64,000 nucleotides of DNA, from NCBI GenBank assembly GCA_965237955.1, contig OZ250169.1, positions 5,888,001 to 5,952,000 on the forward strand, written 5' to 3'. This document shows positions 10,549 through 20,906 of the stretch, piece after piece (position 1 is the stretch's first letter; each line of letters starts with the position of its first letter). A program made the position numbers and the translations under genes. The notes below the pieces were generated by a model, which searched no databases, had not been told where the DNA came from, and saw only the letters and a program-made list of their open reading frames with translations. Origin of the DNA: Candidatus Marinacidobacterales bacterium. Lineage in GTDB: Bacteria; Acidobacteriota; Vicinamibacteria; Marinacidobacterales; SMYC01.

Positions 10549-11316
10549 GTGAAGCGCGCGGAACGACATCATTTGAAGCAGGACGAGTTCGTCCACTGGC
10601 TGGACAAAGCGATGGCATGGGGTATGGACAACCAGCGGAACATCGTCAATGCCACTCTGGTGGTTATCGGTGCCGGACTCCTGTTGGGCGGGCTCTACAT
10701 CTATCGATCGCGCCAAGCGGCCACGGCGGACGCGCTTTTGACAGCGGCGCTCAAGCAGTACCACGGGGTCGTGGTCTCTGGGACCGGCGCGGCGCCAGGC
10801 AATGACGTCCCCACGTTCGAAAGCGCTGACGAGAGGTACCGAACGTCGCTCGCGGCGTTCGAGGCCGTGGCCGACGGGTACACCGCCTATGGCGCCGGCC
10901 GCCACGCGCGCTACTACGTCGGTCTCTGTCACACCGGCCTGTCCGAGCTCGACGCGGCGGAAGAGTCGCTCGAAGCGGTCCGTAGCGGCAACCGCGATCT
11001 CTTGTACTATCTCGCGACGCGCGCGCTCGCAGCGGTGAAACTCGAGCGAGGCGATCCCGCCGGCGCGGCGGAGCTCTACCGCACGCTCGTCGAAGATGCC
11101 GACCGACGCGGCCGCGGCAAGACGCCCCTTCCCAAGGATTATCTTTTGTTCGAGCTTGCCAAGACCGAGGAACGCGCGGGAAACTTGGAACAGGCGCAGC
11201 AGTACTACGAGCGCATGCTCGCGGAGCATCCCGCCTCTCAGCTCCGTGGCGACGCGATGACGCGAAGCGAGACCCTCGCACTCGCGGCAGAAGGCGACAC
11301 CAATACCAGTGATTGA
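10549..11316 (+). CDS. Membrane-anchored TPR protein (YfgM-like)
   Basis: MKRAERHHLKQDEF N-terminus, one TM helix, then TPR-like helices. Confidence 0.75.
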   Translation: MKRAERHHLKQDEFVHWLDKAMAWGMDNQRNIVNATLVVIGAGLLLGGLYIYRSRQAATADALLTAALKQYHGVVVSGTGAAPGNDVPTFESADERYRTSLAAFEAVADGYTAYGAGRHARYYVGLCHTGLSELDAAEESLEAVRSGNRDLLYYLATRALAAVKLERGDPAGAAELYRTLVEDADRRGRGKTPLPKDYLLFELAKTEERAGNLEQAQQYYERMLAEHPASQLRGDAMTRSETLALAAEGDTNTSD

Positions 11317-13159
11317 GACCGACCCCCCGGAGAATCCGGGCGAGTACCGCGAGGCATCCTCAACGGTTGGCTCACCGGTTGGTCCACCGGCTAGTCCACC
11401 GCCACCGCCCGTTCGGAGGTCGAGCTGGGGCTTGTGGCTCTTCATCTTCGCTCTCGGACTCGTCGTTTTGTTCACGTCCATGTTTTTCGCGGTCTTCCGT
11501 GGAATGCGGACCACCGTACCTGCTGTCGGCCGAGGCTCGGCGATCACCATCGACCTCGCGCGCCGGTATGCCGAAGATCCACTCTACGCGAGAGGGCCGT
11601 TCGTCGAGACCAAGGACGTCACCTTCCGCGATCTGCTCTACGGCATCCGAGCGGCGAAAGACGATGCCCGTATCGACCATCTGTTCTTGCACGTGCGGGG
11701 CACGACCTTGGGCTGGGCCAATACGTTCGAGCTCCGCTCCAAGTTGGTGGACTTCAAGTCCAACGGGAAGCCGGTCATCGCGTTCATCGAGTACGCCGGC
11801 AACCGGGACTATGTGCTCGCATCGGCTGCTGATGAGGTCTACTTGCACCCGCGGAGCGCCATCGACCTTCGTGGGGTTCGCGCGGAGCTCCTGTTCATGA
11901 AGTCAACGCTCGAAAAGTTAGGCGTCGAAGCCGAGTTCGAGCGCTTTGGTGCCTACAAAGGGGCGCCTGAAATGTTCTTGCGCGAGAACATGAGCGATGA
12001 GGCCCGTGAAGCGATCACCGCCGTCGTCGACACAATCCACGGCGCGTTGGTAGACGCGGTGGCCGAGGGGCGCGATCTGCCGAGAGACGATGTGGAGGCG
12101 TTGGTCGCGCAGGGTCCGTTCACCGCTGAGCAAGCGAAGACGTTTGGCCTCGTCGATGACCTGAAATATATCGACGAGGTACGGCAAGGGATGTCTTCCG
12201 ACGGCGACGACGAGCCGAGCTTCATCGCGGTTGCCAACTATCGACAGGCGATCGGAACCGCATCCGGGTTCACGACGAAGGGGCGCATTGCGCTCGTTTA
12301 CGGCGTCGGTGCCATCGTCGGTGGCGGCAGCAGCGAAGACGCGGTATTCGGACGGGTGATGGGCTCCGACACGATTGCCAAAGCGTTCAAGACCGTGCGC
12401 GAAGACGACTCCATCGATGCCGTCGTGTTTCGCATCGACAGCCCGGGGGGGAGCGATGTGGCGTCCGACGTGATTTGGCGCGAGGCGAAGCTCACCGGTG
12501 AAGAAAAACCCGTGATCGTCTCGATGGCGAACGTGGCGGCCTCGGGTGGGTATTGGATCGCAATGGCGTCGGACACCATCGTCGCCGAGCCGACGACGCT
12601 CACTGGCTCGATTGGCATCTACGGCGGCAAGTTCAACATGTCGGGCTTGTACGAGAAGCTCGGATTCAGTCGAGACGGTGTTTCCAGCGCTCCGAACGCG
12701 GACTTTTTCAGCGACAACCGCAGCTTTACCGACGAAGAGCGCGCCCGCTTCCGGCACATGCTCGAATCCGGGTATCAGGCGTTTCTCGAACGCGTTGCTG
12801 AAGCGCGCGGGATGACGACGGAGCAAGTGCACGCGGTTGCCCAGGGTCGTGTGTGGTCGGGACAGATGGCGCTCGAGCACGGACTCGTCGACGAGCTCGG
12901 GGGCTTGGAACGAGCTATTGCCCTCGCGAAGGAAAAGGCCGGCTTCGAAGCTTCGGATCGCTTCGAGCTCGTTGTCTACCCCGAAAAGAAGAGTATCTTC
13001 GAAGCGTTGTTCACGAGTCTGATGCAGAGCCGCTCGTCTGTGAGCCTACCGTTGGAGACGCTACGACCGAGGGAGCTTCTCGAACGCTCGCCACTACTGG
13101 AAAGCCTGATGCGCGGGGAAACGCACGCGCTCATGCCGTTCCAGATCGAGTTGCGCTAG
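11309..13159 (+). CDS. sppA: Signal peptide peptidase SppA (protease IV, long form)
   Basis: RIDSPGGS, SMANVAASGGYWIA, TGSIGIYG and AQGRVWSG motifs. Confidence 0.93.
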   Translation: MIETDPPENPGEYREASSTVGSPVGPPASPPPPPVRRSSWGLWLFIFALGLVVLFTSMFFAVFRGMRTTVPAVGRGSAITIDLARRYAEDPLYARGPFVETKDVTFRDLLYGIRAAKDDARIDHLFLHVRGTTLGWANTFELRSKLVDFKSNGKPVIAFIEYAGNRDYVLASAADEVYLHPRSAIDLRGVRAELLFMKSTLEKLGVEAEFERFGAYKGAPEMFLRENMSDEAREAITAVVDTIHGALVDAVAEGRDLPRDDVEALVAQGPFTAEQAKTFGLVDDLKYIDEVRQGMSSDGDDEPSFIAVANYRQAIGTASGFTTKGRIALVYGVGAIVGGGSSEDAVFGRVMGSDTIAKAFKTVREDDSIDAVVFRIDSPGGSDVASDVIWREAKLTGEEKPVIVSMANVAASGGYWIAMASDTIVAEPTTLTGSIGIYGGKFNMSGLYEKLGFSRDGVSSAPNADFFSDNRSFTDEERARFRHMLESGYQAFLERVAEARGMTTEQVHAVAQGRVWSGQMALEHGLVDELGGLERAIALAKEKAGFEASDRFELVVYPEKKSIFEALFTSLMQSRSSVSLPLETLRPRELLERSPLLESLMRGETHALMPFQIELR

Positions 13160-13170
13160 CACTAAAACGA

Positions 13171-13258
13171 AACGCAAAGGCGCCAAGACGCGAAGGCGCA
13201 AAGCACTGAACTCCACTCCTTTTTCCTTTGCGTCTCTGCGCCTCGGCGCCTTTGCGTT
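13171..13258. repeat. REP-like inverted repeat of ~8-nt CGCAAAGG/A units between convergent sppA and mutS
   Basis: 33-nt arms at 13171-13203 and 13226-13258 are imperfect reverse complements. Confidence 0.75.
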
Positions 13259-13271
13259 CTTCCGCGTTGTT

Positions 13272-15956
13272 CTAGTCGCTCGAGTCGAGGCGTTTGCGGA
13301 GGTCGGTGAGGAGCTGCAGCGCCTCGATCGGTGTCATCGTGTCCGGGTCGAGCCGCCGGATCTCGGAGACGATGCGTTCTTCCGCGTCGGCGAAAAGAGA
13401 CATCTGCCGGGCGCCGGCCGCAGGAGAGCTGTCCCTGGTGACACGGGGCCGTCCTTCGAGATCGAACTCGGTCTTCTCGAGATTGACGAGAATCTCGCGC
13501 GCGCGGCGGATGAGAGATGGGGGAAGTCCGGCGAGGCGCGCGACCTGAATCCCGTAGCTTCGATCGGAGCCGCCTTCGAGCACTTTCCGTAAGAAGACGA
13601 TGTCGTCCTGCCATTCGCGCGCGGACACGTGGCAGTTCACGACGCCGGCAAGCTCGCCCGCGAGGTCGGTAAGCTCATGGTAGTGGGTCGCGAAGATCGT
13701 TTTGGACTGCAGCCGCTTCTCGGTGGCGATGTACTCGGCGACCGACCACGCCAGCGAGAGCCCGTCATAGGTTGCGGTGCCTCTTCCAATTTCGTCGAGC
13801 AGGATGAGGCTTCTCCGGGTCGCGTGGTGGAGGATATGCGCGGTCTCCTGCATCTCCACCATGAAGGTGGAACGGCCGCGAAAGAGATTGTCGGAAGCGC
13901 CGACGCGCGTGAAGATACGGTCGACGATCGGGACTTTCGCCTCGGCTGCAGGCACGAACGAGCCCATGTGGGCGAGAAGCACGATGAGCGCGGTCTGACG
14001 CAAATACGTCGATTTTCCGCCCATGTTGGGCCCGGTGAGGATGACGAGGTGGCGTTCGTCGTCGAGGACGAGATCGTTCGGCACGAACGGCTCTTGGCTC
14101 GTCGCTTCGACCACGGGGTGCCGGGCGTCTTTGACTTCGAGCTCGAACCCATCGTGGAGACGCGGTTTGGTGAAGTTGGCGGCGGTGGCGACGTCGGCGA
14201 GGCTCGCGAGCACGTCGAGGGTCGCGACGGCTCGGGCGGTCGACCGGATGCGGGCGGCGTGTCGTTTCACGCGCTCGTTCAACGCGTCGAAGATCTCCCG
14301 CTCGAGCACTTGAATACGCTCTTCCGCGCCCAAGATCTTTTCTTCGTACTCCTTCAGCTCGGGGGTGATGAATCGTTCCGCGCCGACGAGTGTTTGTTTA
14401 CGGATGTAATCGTCGGGGACGGCGTCGAGCTTCGACTTGGTGACTTCGAGGTAGTAGCCGAAGACTTTGTTGAACCGAATCTTCAGGGAGCTGATGCCGG
14501 TACGGTCGCGCTCACGTTTTTCGATCTCGGCGATCGTGCCCTTGCCCTCGGATCGCAGCCGGCGGAGCTCATCGAGCTCGTCGGAGACCTTCTCCCGGAT
14601 CGCGCCCCCGTCCTTGAGCGCGGCCGGCGGCTCTGCGACCAGGGTCTTCTCGATGTCGTCGCGAGCGTCCCCGACAGGATCGAGCGCCTCGTCGAGCTCG
14701 CCGAGGATGGACGCGTTCGCGTTCGAAGTGAGCACCCGTAGCGCGGGAATTTTCGTGAGTGATGCAGCCAGCCCGGTAAACTCTCGCGGGCCGGCGGATC
14801 CGAGGGTGATGCGCGACAAAAGGCGCTCGAGGTCGAGCACGTCTTTCAGGATCTCGCGCATCTTGGCGCGCGCGATGATGTCGAACGCGAGCTCTTCCAC
14901 GCCGTCTAGCCGCTTGCCAATCGCATGGACGTCGACGAGCGGACGGAGGATCCAGCTCCTCAATGCCCGTGCCCCCATGGAGGTCGTCGTCCGGTCGAGA
15001 ACTTCGATGAGGCTTCCTTGCCGTCCGCCTTCGGCCAGCGAGCGCGTCAGCTCCAGATTTCTCTGGGTGACCGGATCGAGGATCAGATAGTCGGCTTCTT
15101 CGAGGCAGCGGATGCTCGAGATGTGGACGAGCTCTCCTCGCTGTGTTTCTTCGAGGTATTGGAGTGCCGCACCCGCCGCGCCTATTGCGAGAGGTTTGTC
15201 CTCGAGTCCGTAGCCTTCGAGCGAGAGCGTGCCGAACTGCCGCAGGAGGAGACTTCGCGAAGCTTCGTGCTCGAAACGCCAAGGGTCGCGCTCGGTCGTG
15301 ACCGGCAAATCGCCTTCGGGTCCGAGCCCTTCGAAGATGTCGTCTGGTAGTGCCGTGCCATCGGGATGCAAGACCTCGCGCGGCCGGTACGTCGAGAGCG
15401 TCTCGGAAATCTTTTGCCAGCGATCATCGGAGTCGAACTGGAACGCGACTAAATCTCCGGTGGACAAATCGGCGAGTGCGGCCCCGACGGAATCCTTGCC
15501 TGTCGCTATCGCCATGAGATAGCTCGGCTCTTTGGCGTCGAGATAGCCTTGATGGAGGTACGTCGACGGCGTCACTACGCGTACCACTTCACGTTTGACG
15601 ATGCCCTTCGCGTGCTTGGCGTCTTCGACTTGATCGCAGATGGCGACTTTGAAACCGCGGCGGATGAGGCGAGAGACGTAGGTGTCCGCCGCGTGATAGG
15701 GGATGCCGCACATCGGGATCGCCGACCCCGACGAGTCTTTCTGGCGTGAGGTCAGGGTCAGCTCGAGCGCGCGCGCCGCGGTGAGCGCGTCGTCGTAGAA
15801 CATCTCGTAGAAATCACCCATGCGGAAAAACAGAATCGCATCAGAGACTTGCTGCTTGATGTCGTGGTATTGCCGCATCGCGGGCGTGGTTGATTTAGGG
15901 GATTTCGAGGATTTCTCCTGCACGCGGCCCGTCGATGTTGCCATGGTCGCGCGCAT
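13272..15956 (-). CDS. mutS: DNA mismatch repair protein MutS
   Basis: TPAMRQY, FFRMGDFYEMF, TGPNMGGKSTYLRQ, DEIGRGT and ATHYHEL motifs. Confidence 0.97.
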   Translation of the reverse strand: MRATMATSTGRVQEKSSKSPKSTTPAMRQYHDIKQQVSDAILFFRMGDFYEMFYDDALTAARALELTLTSRQKDSSGSAIPMCGIPYHAADTYVSRLIRRGFKVAICDQVEDAKHAKGIVKREVVRVVTPSTYLHQGYLDAKEPSYLMAIATGKDSVGAALADLSTGDLVAFQFDSDDRWQKISETLSTYRPREVLHPDGTALPDDIFEGLGPEGDLPVTTERDPWRFEHEASRSLLLRQFGTLSLEGYGLEDKPLAIGAAGAALQYLEETQRGELVHISSIRCLEEADYLILDPVTQRNLELTRSLAEGGRQGSLIEVLDRTTTSMGARALRSWILRPLVDVHAIGKRLDGVEELAFDIIARAKMREILKDVLDLERLLSRITLGSAGPREFTGLAASLTKIPALRVLTSNANASILGELDEALDPVGDARDDIEKTLVAEPPAALKDGGAIREKVSDELDELRRLRSEGKGTIAEIEKRERDRTGISSLKIRFNKVFGYYLEVTKSKLDAVPDDYIRKQTLVGAERFITPELKEYEEKILGAEERIQVLEREIFDALNERVKRHAARIRSTARAVATLDVLASLADVATAANFTKPRLHDGFELEVKDARHPVVEATSQEPFVPNDLVLDDERHLVILTGPNMGGKSTYLRQTALIVLLAHMGSFVPAAEAKVPIVDRIFTRVGASDNLFRGRSTFMVEMQETAHILHHATRRSLILLDEIGRGTATYDGLSLAWSVAEYIATEKRLQSKTIFATHYHELTDLAGELAGVVNCHVSAREWQDDIVFLRKVLEGGSDRSYGIQVARLAGLPPSLIRRAREILVNLEKTEFDLEGRPRVTRDSSPAAGARQMSLFADAEERIVSEIRRLDPDTMTPIEALQLLTDLRKRLDSSD

Positions 15957-15998
15957 TGTACCGCGGGCCGTGATCGGAGGTAAGATCGCGCATCATCG

Positions 15999-16724
15999 AT
16001 GCTTGTTCTCGCCGTGGATACGACCACGACCACGACCGCGACCGGTGCCCATGGAAGCTTGGCCCTTTTGGACGACCAAACGCTTCGTGGAGTCATGGCC
16101 TTTCGCACCGCTCAACCGCGACACGCGGAGACTCTCTTGCCTTCAGTGGACTACTTGCTCGCTCAGGTCGAAGCAAAGCTCGACGACGTGCAGGGCTTCG
16201 CGGTCGCGGTGGGCCCCGGCTCGTTCACTGGGCTCCGCATCGGTATCGCCGCAGTGGAAGGCCTCGCGTACACGCTCGAGCGGCCGGCGGTCGGGGTGTC
16301 GACGCTCGATGCGACCGCCTTTCGCTATCGTCACCGTCGCGGCCTGCTCGTTGCGCTCATCGAGGCGTACCGTGGGGAAGTGTACGGTGCGTCCTATCGA
16401 TCCGACGGCGAATCGATCGAGCCCGCGAGTGAGCCAACGTGCATGCCTCCGAAAGATTTCCTCGACTCGCTCGTGGAGCCTCCCGAGCTCGTCGCCGGGA
16501 GCGCGACCGTCAGGTACCGCGACGTCCTGGATGCCCACCTTCCCGAGAGCGTGACCCTTGCGGAGCCGTCGTTGTTCATCGCCGAGGAAGTCGCGCGCCT
16601 CGGTGCGTGCAAGCTCGAAGCCGGGGAGCGTGCGCCGCTCGGAGGACTCGACGCTCTCTATATTCGCCCGTCCGAAACCGGGCGCAACCGTGCTAAGAAG
16701 CCTAATAAGGAAGCCGGGGAGTGA
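15999..16724 (+). CDS. tsaB: t6A biosynthesis protein TsaB
   Basis: LAVDT, HAETLLP, GPGSFTGLRIG and a C-terminal LYIRP. Confidence 0.93.
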   Translation: MLVLAVDTTTTTTATGAHGSLALLDDQTLRGVMAFRTAQPRHAETLLPSVDYLLAQVEAKLDDVQGFAVAVGPGSFTGLRIGIAAVEGLAYTLERPAVGVSTLDATAFRYRHRRGLLVALIEAYRGEVYGASYRSDGESIEPASEPTCMPPKDFLDSLVEPPELVAGSATVRYRDVLDAHLPESVTLAEPSLFIAEEVARLGACKLEAGERAPLGGLDALYIRPSETGRNRAKKPNKEAGE

Positions 16725-17197
16725 GCACCATCGACCTGCTCACGCGCTACGCTTTGTGGCGCATGGAAGAAGCTCACCTCGATGAGGTTCTGGCGATCGA
16801 GCGCATGAGCTACACCAACCCTTGGGTCATGGACGCGTTTCGGCACGAGGTCGATCAAAACGCGTTCTCTCGCCCGCGCGTCGCGGTGACGGTAGAAGAA
16901 CCACACGCGGTCGTCGGGTATTGCGTCTCCTGGCTCGTCTTCGAGCAGGTGCACATTCAAAACGTGGCGGTCCACCAGCGGCACCGACGCTTCGGCCTTG
17001 CGCGACACTTGCTCGGGTGCGCATTTGAGGATGGTCTGGATGCCGGCGCCCGCTCTGCACAACTCGAGGTGCGCGCGAGCAACGCGATGGCATTGAAGCT
17101 CTACGCATCCCTAGGCTTCCGCGTCGCCGGCGAGCGGAAGAGCTACTACTCCCGCCCCCGAGAGGACGCAGTGCTTCTGCATAAAGAGCTGGATTAG
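16721..17197 (+). CDS. rimI: Ribosomal-protein alanine N-acetyltransferase RimI
   Basis: GNAT fold with NVAV, LEVRASN and RKSYY..PREDA. Follows tsaB as usual. Confidence 0.9.
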   Translation: MSTIDLLTRYALWRMEEAHLDEVLAIERMSYTNPWVMDAFRHEVDQNAFSRPRVAVTVEEPHAVVGYCVSWLVFEQVHIQNVAVHQRHRRFGLARHLLGCAFEDGLDAGARSAQLEVRASNAMALKLYASLGFRVAGERKSYYSRPREDAVLLHKELD

Positions 17198-17312
17198 ATG
17201 TCGGCATTCAGCATCCAGCGTCCAGCATCCGGAAGCGTTGAGCTCGGGGCGGTGCCGTGGCGCTTGGTCCTTGTTTCGTTTCTTGGGGCGAATGGGAACT
17301 GAAGAGACCTCG

Positions 17313-19160
17313 ATGACGTTGCGACGCGGGTTTTTGTTGCTTTGCGGTGGGCTTGTCGTGGTTGGTGTTCTTCGGCCGGCTCTCCCGGAACCTGTTCGGG
17401 TTCATTGGACGGCGCTGGTCACGGCATTCGCCGTGGGGGCGGCGCTCGTTCAGCTCTTGCGCGCGCGAGGCCGCCGCGACTACCAGGGCTATCTGGTTGC
17501 GCTCCTGCCGCTCGTGCTCGCTGCGCTCTACCTTCAGCCGCAACGAGTCGCGAGCGACGGCATCTTCTACTACGCACCGCTGCACTCGGTCATCGTCGAC
17601 GGTGACCTGGACTTCGAGAACGAGTACCGTGTCCTCGGCGCGCGTCCGGGCTACTTCCAACGCACCGAGACCGGCCGGCTGCCGAACAACTACAGCATCG
17701 GCCCGGCACTTCTCTGGACCCCGTTTTTTCTCGTCGCTCATATCCTCGGTCATTTGGGACTCTATCGACCAACGGGGTTCGGTTATCCCTACTTCACCGC
17801 GGTGGCAACGGGAACGGTGCTCGTCGGGTTCTTGGGTGTCGTTTGGATGTTTCGTTTCGTGCGTGCGTACTTCCGGCCGTCGACCGCGTTCGTTGCCGCA
17901 CTCTTGGTTTGGCTCGCGAGCTTTCATGTCTGGTACATGGTGTTCGAGCCGTCGATGTCACACGCGATGGCGATGGCGAGCGTGGCCGCGTTTCTCCTGG
18001 TGACGCACGAAGGCACGCGTGGGGCGAAAGCATTCGCACTCATGGGAGCGCTCGGTGGTGTCGTCGCGCTGATTCGCTGGCAAAACGTGCTGTTCCTTCC
18101 GACCGCTCTCGCCGTCAGTTGGGCGCGCCACGACCGCCCGAAAACGCTCGAGCTCGCGTCGGGTGCCGTGGCGTTCGTCGTCGTGTTCTCACCGCAGCTC
18201 CTCTACTGGAACGCGCTCTACGGAAGCCCCGTGCTCGTGCCGCAAGGTGGAGGCTACGTCGACTGGTCACAGCCGGAGCTCGAAGCCGTCCTGTTCTCGT
18301 CACGCCATGGCCTCTTGTCGTGGGCGCCCTTTTTGTGGCTCGGTATCGCCGGCTTCCCCGGATTCGTCCGCCGCGCCCCGGCTCTGGGTGGTTCGCTTTT
18401 GCTCGCGACCCTCGCTGCCTGGTACGTCAACGCTTCGGTGTTCGACTGGTGGGCGGGCGCTTCGTTCGGCTCGCGTCGATTCGACGCGGCGTTGCCGGCG
18501 TTCGCGCTCGGCGTCGCCGTCTCGCTGGATTGGATCGTTTCCCGCGTCCGCCGCCGACCGCTCGCGACGACGCTCGTTCTTCTGACGCCGTTTCTGCTCT
18601 GGAACGCGATGTTGATGGGCGTTTATTTCCGAGGCGCCGTTCCGCCGGACGGTCCGGCATCGTTCCGGCAGGTGGCGGCGGACGGTATCGAGCTCGTCTA
18701 CTCCCGTACCGGATACCCGCCCTCGTGGCCGGCGGCGTGGCGGCAGGGGCGAGTGTGGTCGGCCTATGACCTTGCTGGCTCGTTGTCGCTGTCCAACAAC
18801 GTGGACATCCGGATGGGGGACACCGACGCGCTCTACCTCGGCCGTGGATGGTCGCTCCCGAACCGCGGTCGCGACAAAACGTCCCGATCGGTTCTGGAAG
18901 GGCAAGCGGAGCTGTTCGTGGCATTGAGCGAGCCGGCCCCGTACACCATCACGCTCGACGGACGTCCCGGCTCACGGGTGGAGCTGGTCTTGAACGGCGC
19001 CTCGCTCGGCGACGCGGAATTGGACCTCGCGGGCCGGTTCGAGGTGTCGGTTCCAGGCGAGCGAATCGTTATGGGCGTCAATAGGTTGATCTTCATAAAG
19101 AAAACACGAGAACGGTTCGTGTTGTCACGCGTGCGCTGGACGCGGCCGGGCGAGGGATAG
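17313..19160 (+). CDS. Polytopic membrane protein, probable GT-C glycosyltransferase
   Basis: SDGIFYY...DGDLDFENE acidic first loop, many TM helices and WWAGASFGSRRF. Confidence 0.6.
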   Translation: MTLRRGFLLLCGGLVVVGVLRPALPEPVRVHWTALVTAFAVGAALVQLLRARGRRDYQGYLVALLPLVLAALYLQPQRVASDGIFYYAPLHSVIVDGDLDFENEYRVLGARPGYFQRTETGRLPNNYSIGPALLWTPFFLVAHILGHLGLYRPTGFGYPYFTAVATGTVLVGFLGVVWMFRFVRAYFRPSTAFVAALLVWLASFHVWYMVFEPSMSHAMAMASVAAFLLVTHEGTRGAKAFALMGALGGVVALIRWQNVLFLPTALAVSWARHDRPKTLELASGAVAFVVVFSPQLLYWNALYGSPVLVPQGGGYVDWSQPELEAVLFSSRHGLLSWAPFLWLGIAGFPGFVRRAPALGGSLLLATLAAWYVNASVFDWWAGASFGSRRFDAALPAFALGVAVSLDWIVSRVRRRPLATTLVLLTPFLLWNAMLMGVYFRGAVPPDGPASFRQVAADGIELVYSRTGYPPSWPAAWRQGRVWSAYDLAGSLSLSNNVDIRMGDTDALYLGRGWSLPNRGRDKTSRSVLEGQAELFVALSEPAPYTITLDGRPGSRVELVLNGASLGDAELDLAGRFEVSVPGERIVMGVNRLIFIKKTRERFVLSRVRWTRPGEG

Positions 19161-19240
19161 TTCTGTTGCAGCGGTCGCGGGTCTATGATATTTTTGATGA
19201 AGACCTGGTCAGAAAACCCGACTATCAGGAGGGAACCTTG

Positions 19241-19456
19241 ATGGAGAACAGCGTGCTCAATGCCCAGGATCTTCTCATGCGAGAGTGCGAAGAGTTTCAG
19301 CAATTATCTCAACGCCATCGCGAGCTCGATGCACGATTGAGCGCTCTCACGGAGAAGCTGTTCTTGAGCGATGAAGAAAAGATCGAAGAAGTCACCATCA
19401 AGAAAAAGAAACTCGTCATCAAAGACCGGATGGCTTTCATGATTCGAAGCCACTGA
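19241..19456 (+). CDS. YdcH/DUF465-family coiled-coil protein
   Basis: HRELD..L and KKKKL.IKDRM. ATG follows AGGAGG. Confidence 0.8.
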   Translation: MENSVLNAQDLLMRECEEFQQLSQRHRELDARLSALTEKLFLSDEEKIEEVTIKKKKLVIKDRMAFMIRSH

Positions 19457-19498
19457 GCGTCGAAGTCCCGAACAACCACTGCCGGAGCCATCGAGCCC

Positions 19499-20116
19499 AT
19501 GAGAATCGCGCGGGAAGGTTTCGGCTACATCGGCGTCCTATCACTCCTCGGCGTCGCCGCAGTTGCGTTCCCGGCGACCCGTCTTCTCACGGTCCCGCTG
19601 TTCGTGCTCGCAGGGTTCGTCACTTACTTCTTTCGCGACCCGACGCGCGTACCGCCCGACGATGAGAAGCTGCTGGTTTCACCCGGCGACGGGAAAGTCG
19701 TCTATACCGGTCCCGGTGAGCGCGACCCGTCGCGAACGCAAGTGAGTATTTTTCTGTCGATCTTCGATGTCCACATAAACCGCTCGCCGCTCGCCGCGGT
19801 CGTCCGCAAGATTCAATACACGCCAGGCCGATTCTTGGCCGCCTACAAGCCGGAGTCGGGAACCAAGAACGAACAGAACGAGATCGAGCTCGCCGACGGT
19901 GAGTTCTCGGTCACCGTACGACAAATCGCTGGAGTCGTCGCGCGACGCATCGTTTGCGTTATCCACGAGAACGACAGCCTCGAGCGCGGGCAGCGGTTCG
20001 GGCTCATTCAGTTCGGCTCGCGGATTGAGGTCATGCTTCCGAGCGACACGAAGCTTCGTGTTAAGGTAGGAGACAGAGTCAAGGGTGGGGAAACGGTCAT
20101 CGCGGAACGACCGTGA
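19499..20116 (+). CDS. psd: Phosphatidylserine decarboxylase proenzyme
   Basis: FFRDP, SPGDG, IFLSIFDVHINRSP, RQIAG and the FGSR cleavage motif. Confidence 0.93.
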   Translation: MRIAREGFGYIGVLSLLGVAAVAFPATRLLTVPLFVLAGFVTYFFRDPTRVPPDDEKLLVSPGDGKVVYTGPGERDPSRTQVSIFLSIFDVHINRSPLAAVVRKIQYTPGRFLAAYKPESGTKNEQNEIELADGEFSVTVRQIAGVVARRIVCVIHENDSLERGQRFGLIQFGSRIEVMLPSDTKLRVKVGDRVKGGETVIAERP

Positions 20117-20138
20117 AACTCAAAAGCGCAAGGCGACC

Positions 20139-20906
20139 ATGAAACGCGGAAACGCCAAGCTCCGGCGTCGCGGCATCTATCTTCTCCCGAGCGCCTTCAC
20201 CGTCGCGAACATCTTCTGCGGCTTCTATTCGACCATCAGCAGCATTCGAGGCGATCTCGCGTTCGCCGCTATTTTGATCGGCGTCGCGATCGTGCTGGAT
20301 ACGCTCGACGGCCGCGTCGCCCGCATGGCGAACGCTAGCAGCGAGTTCGGCAAGGAGTTCGACTCGCTCGCCGATCAAGTCTCGTTCGGGGTGGCCCCTA
20401 TGGTGCTCGCCTTCCAATGGGGCCTCAGCCTGTGGCCGCGCCTGGGGTGGCTCGTGGGCTTCCTTTTCGTGATTTGCGGTGCCATGAGGCTTGCTAGATT
20501 CAACATTCAGCAGTCGGCTACCGACAAGCGCTTCTTCGTGGGCCTTCCTATCCCGGCTGCAGCCGCCGTTGTAGCGGCGCTGGTGTACAGATTCCCCGAG
20601 CCCATGACCTCGCAGGCGGAGGCGTTACCGGTTCTCGGCTTGGTGACCGCGCTATCGTTTCTGATGGTGAGCAAGCTGCGCTACTACAGCTTCAAGGATT
20701 TCGACATCAAGAAGCGTCACCCGAGCTTGATGATTCTATTCCTTGCGCTTGTCATCGTCGCGGTGTTCACGCATCCGCAGGCAATGCTGCTCATCATGGC
20801 GTCGGTGTACCTTGCGAGCGGCCTCGTGCTCAAAGTGTGGTCCCGGTTCTCCCCGCCGAAAGTAGCGACATCAGCGGACGCGCCCGCGGACGTCAAGGAT
20901 CTATGA
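20139..20906 (+). CDS. pssA: CDP-diacylglycerol--serine O-phosphatidyltransferase
   Basis: DTLDGRVAR...FGKEFDSLAD CDP-alcohol phosphotransferase motif, RLARFN and GLPIP. Confidence 0.93.
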   Translation: MKRGNAKLRRRGIYLLPSAFTVANIFCGFYSTISSIRGDLAFAAILIGVAIVLDTLDGRVARMANASSEFGKEFDSLADQVSFGVAPMVLAFQWGLSLWPRLGWLVGFLFVICGAMRLARFNIQQSATDKRFFVGLPIPAAAAVVAALVYRFPEPMTSQAEALPVLGLVTALSFLMVSKLRYYSFKDFDIKKRHPSLMILFLALVIVAVFTHPQAMLLIMASVYLASGLVLKVWSRFSPPKVATSADAPADVKDL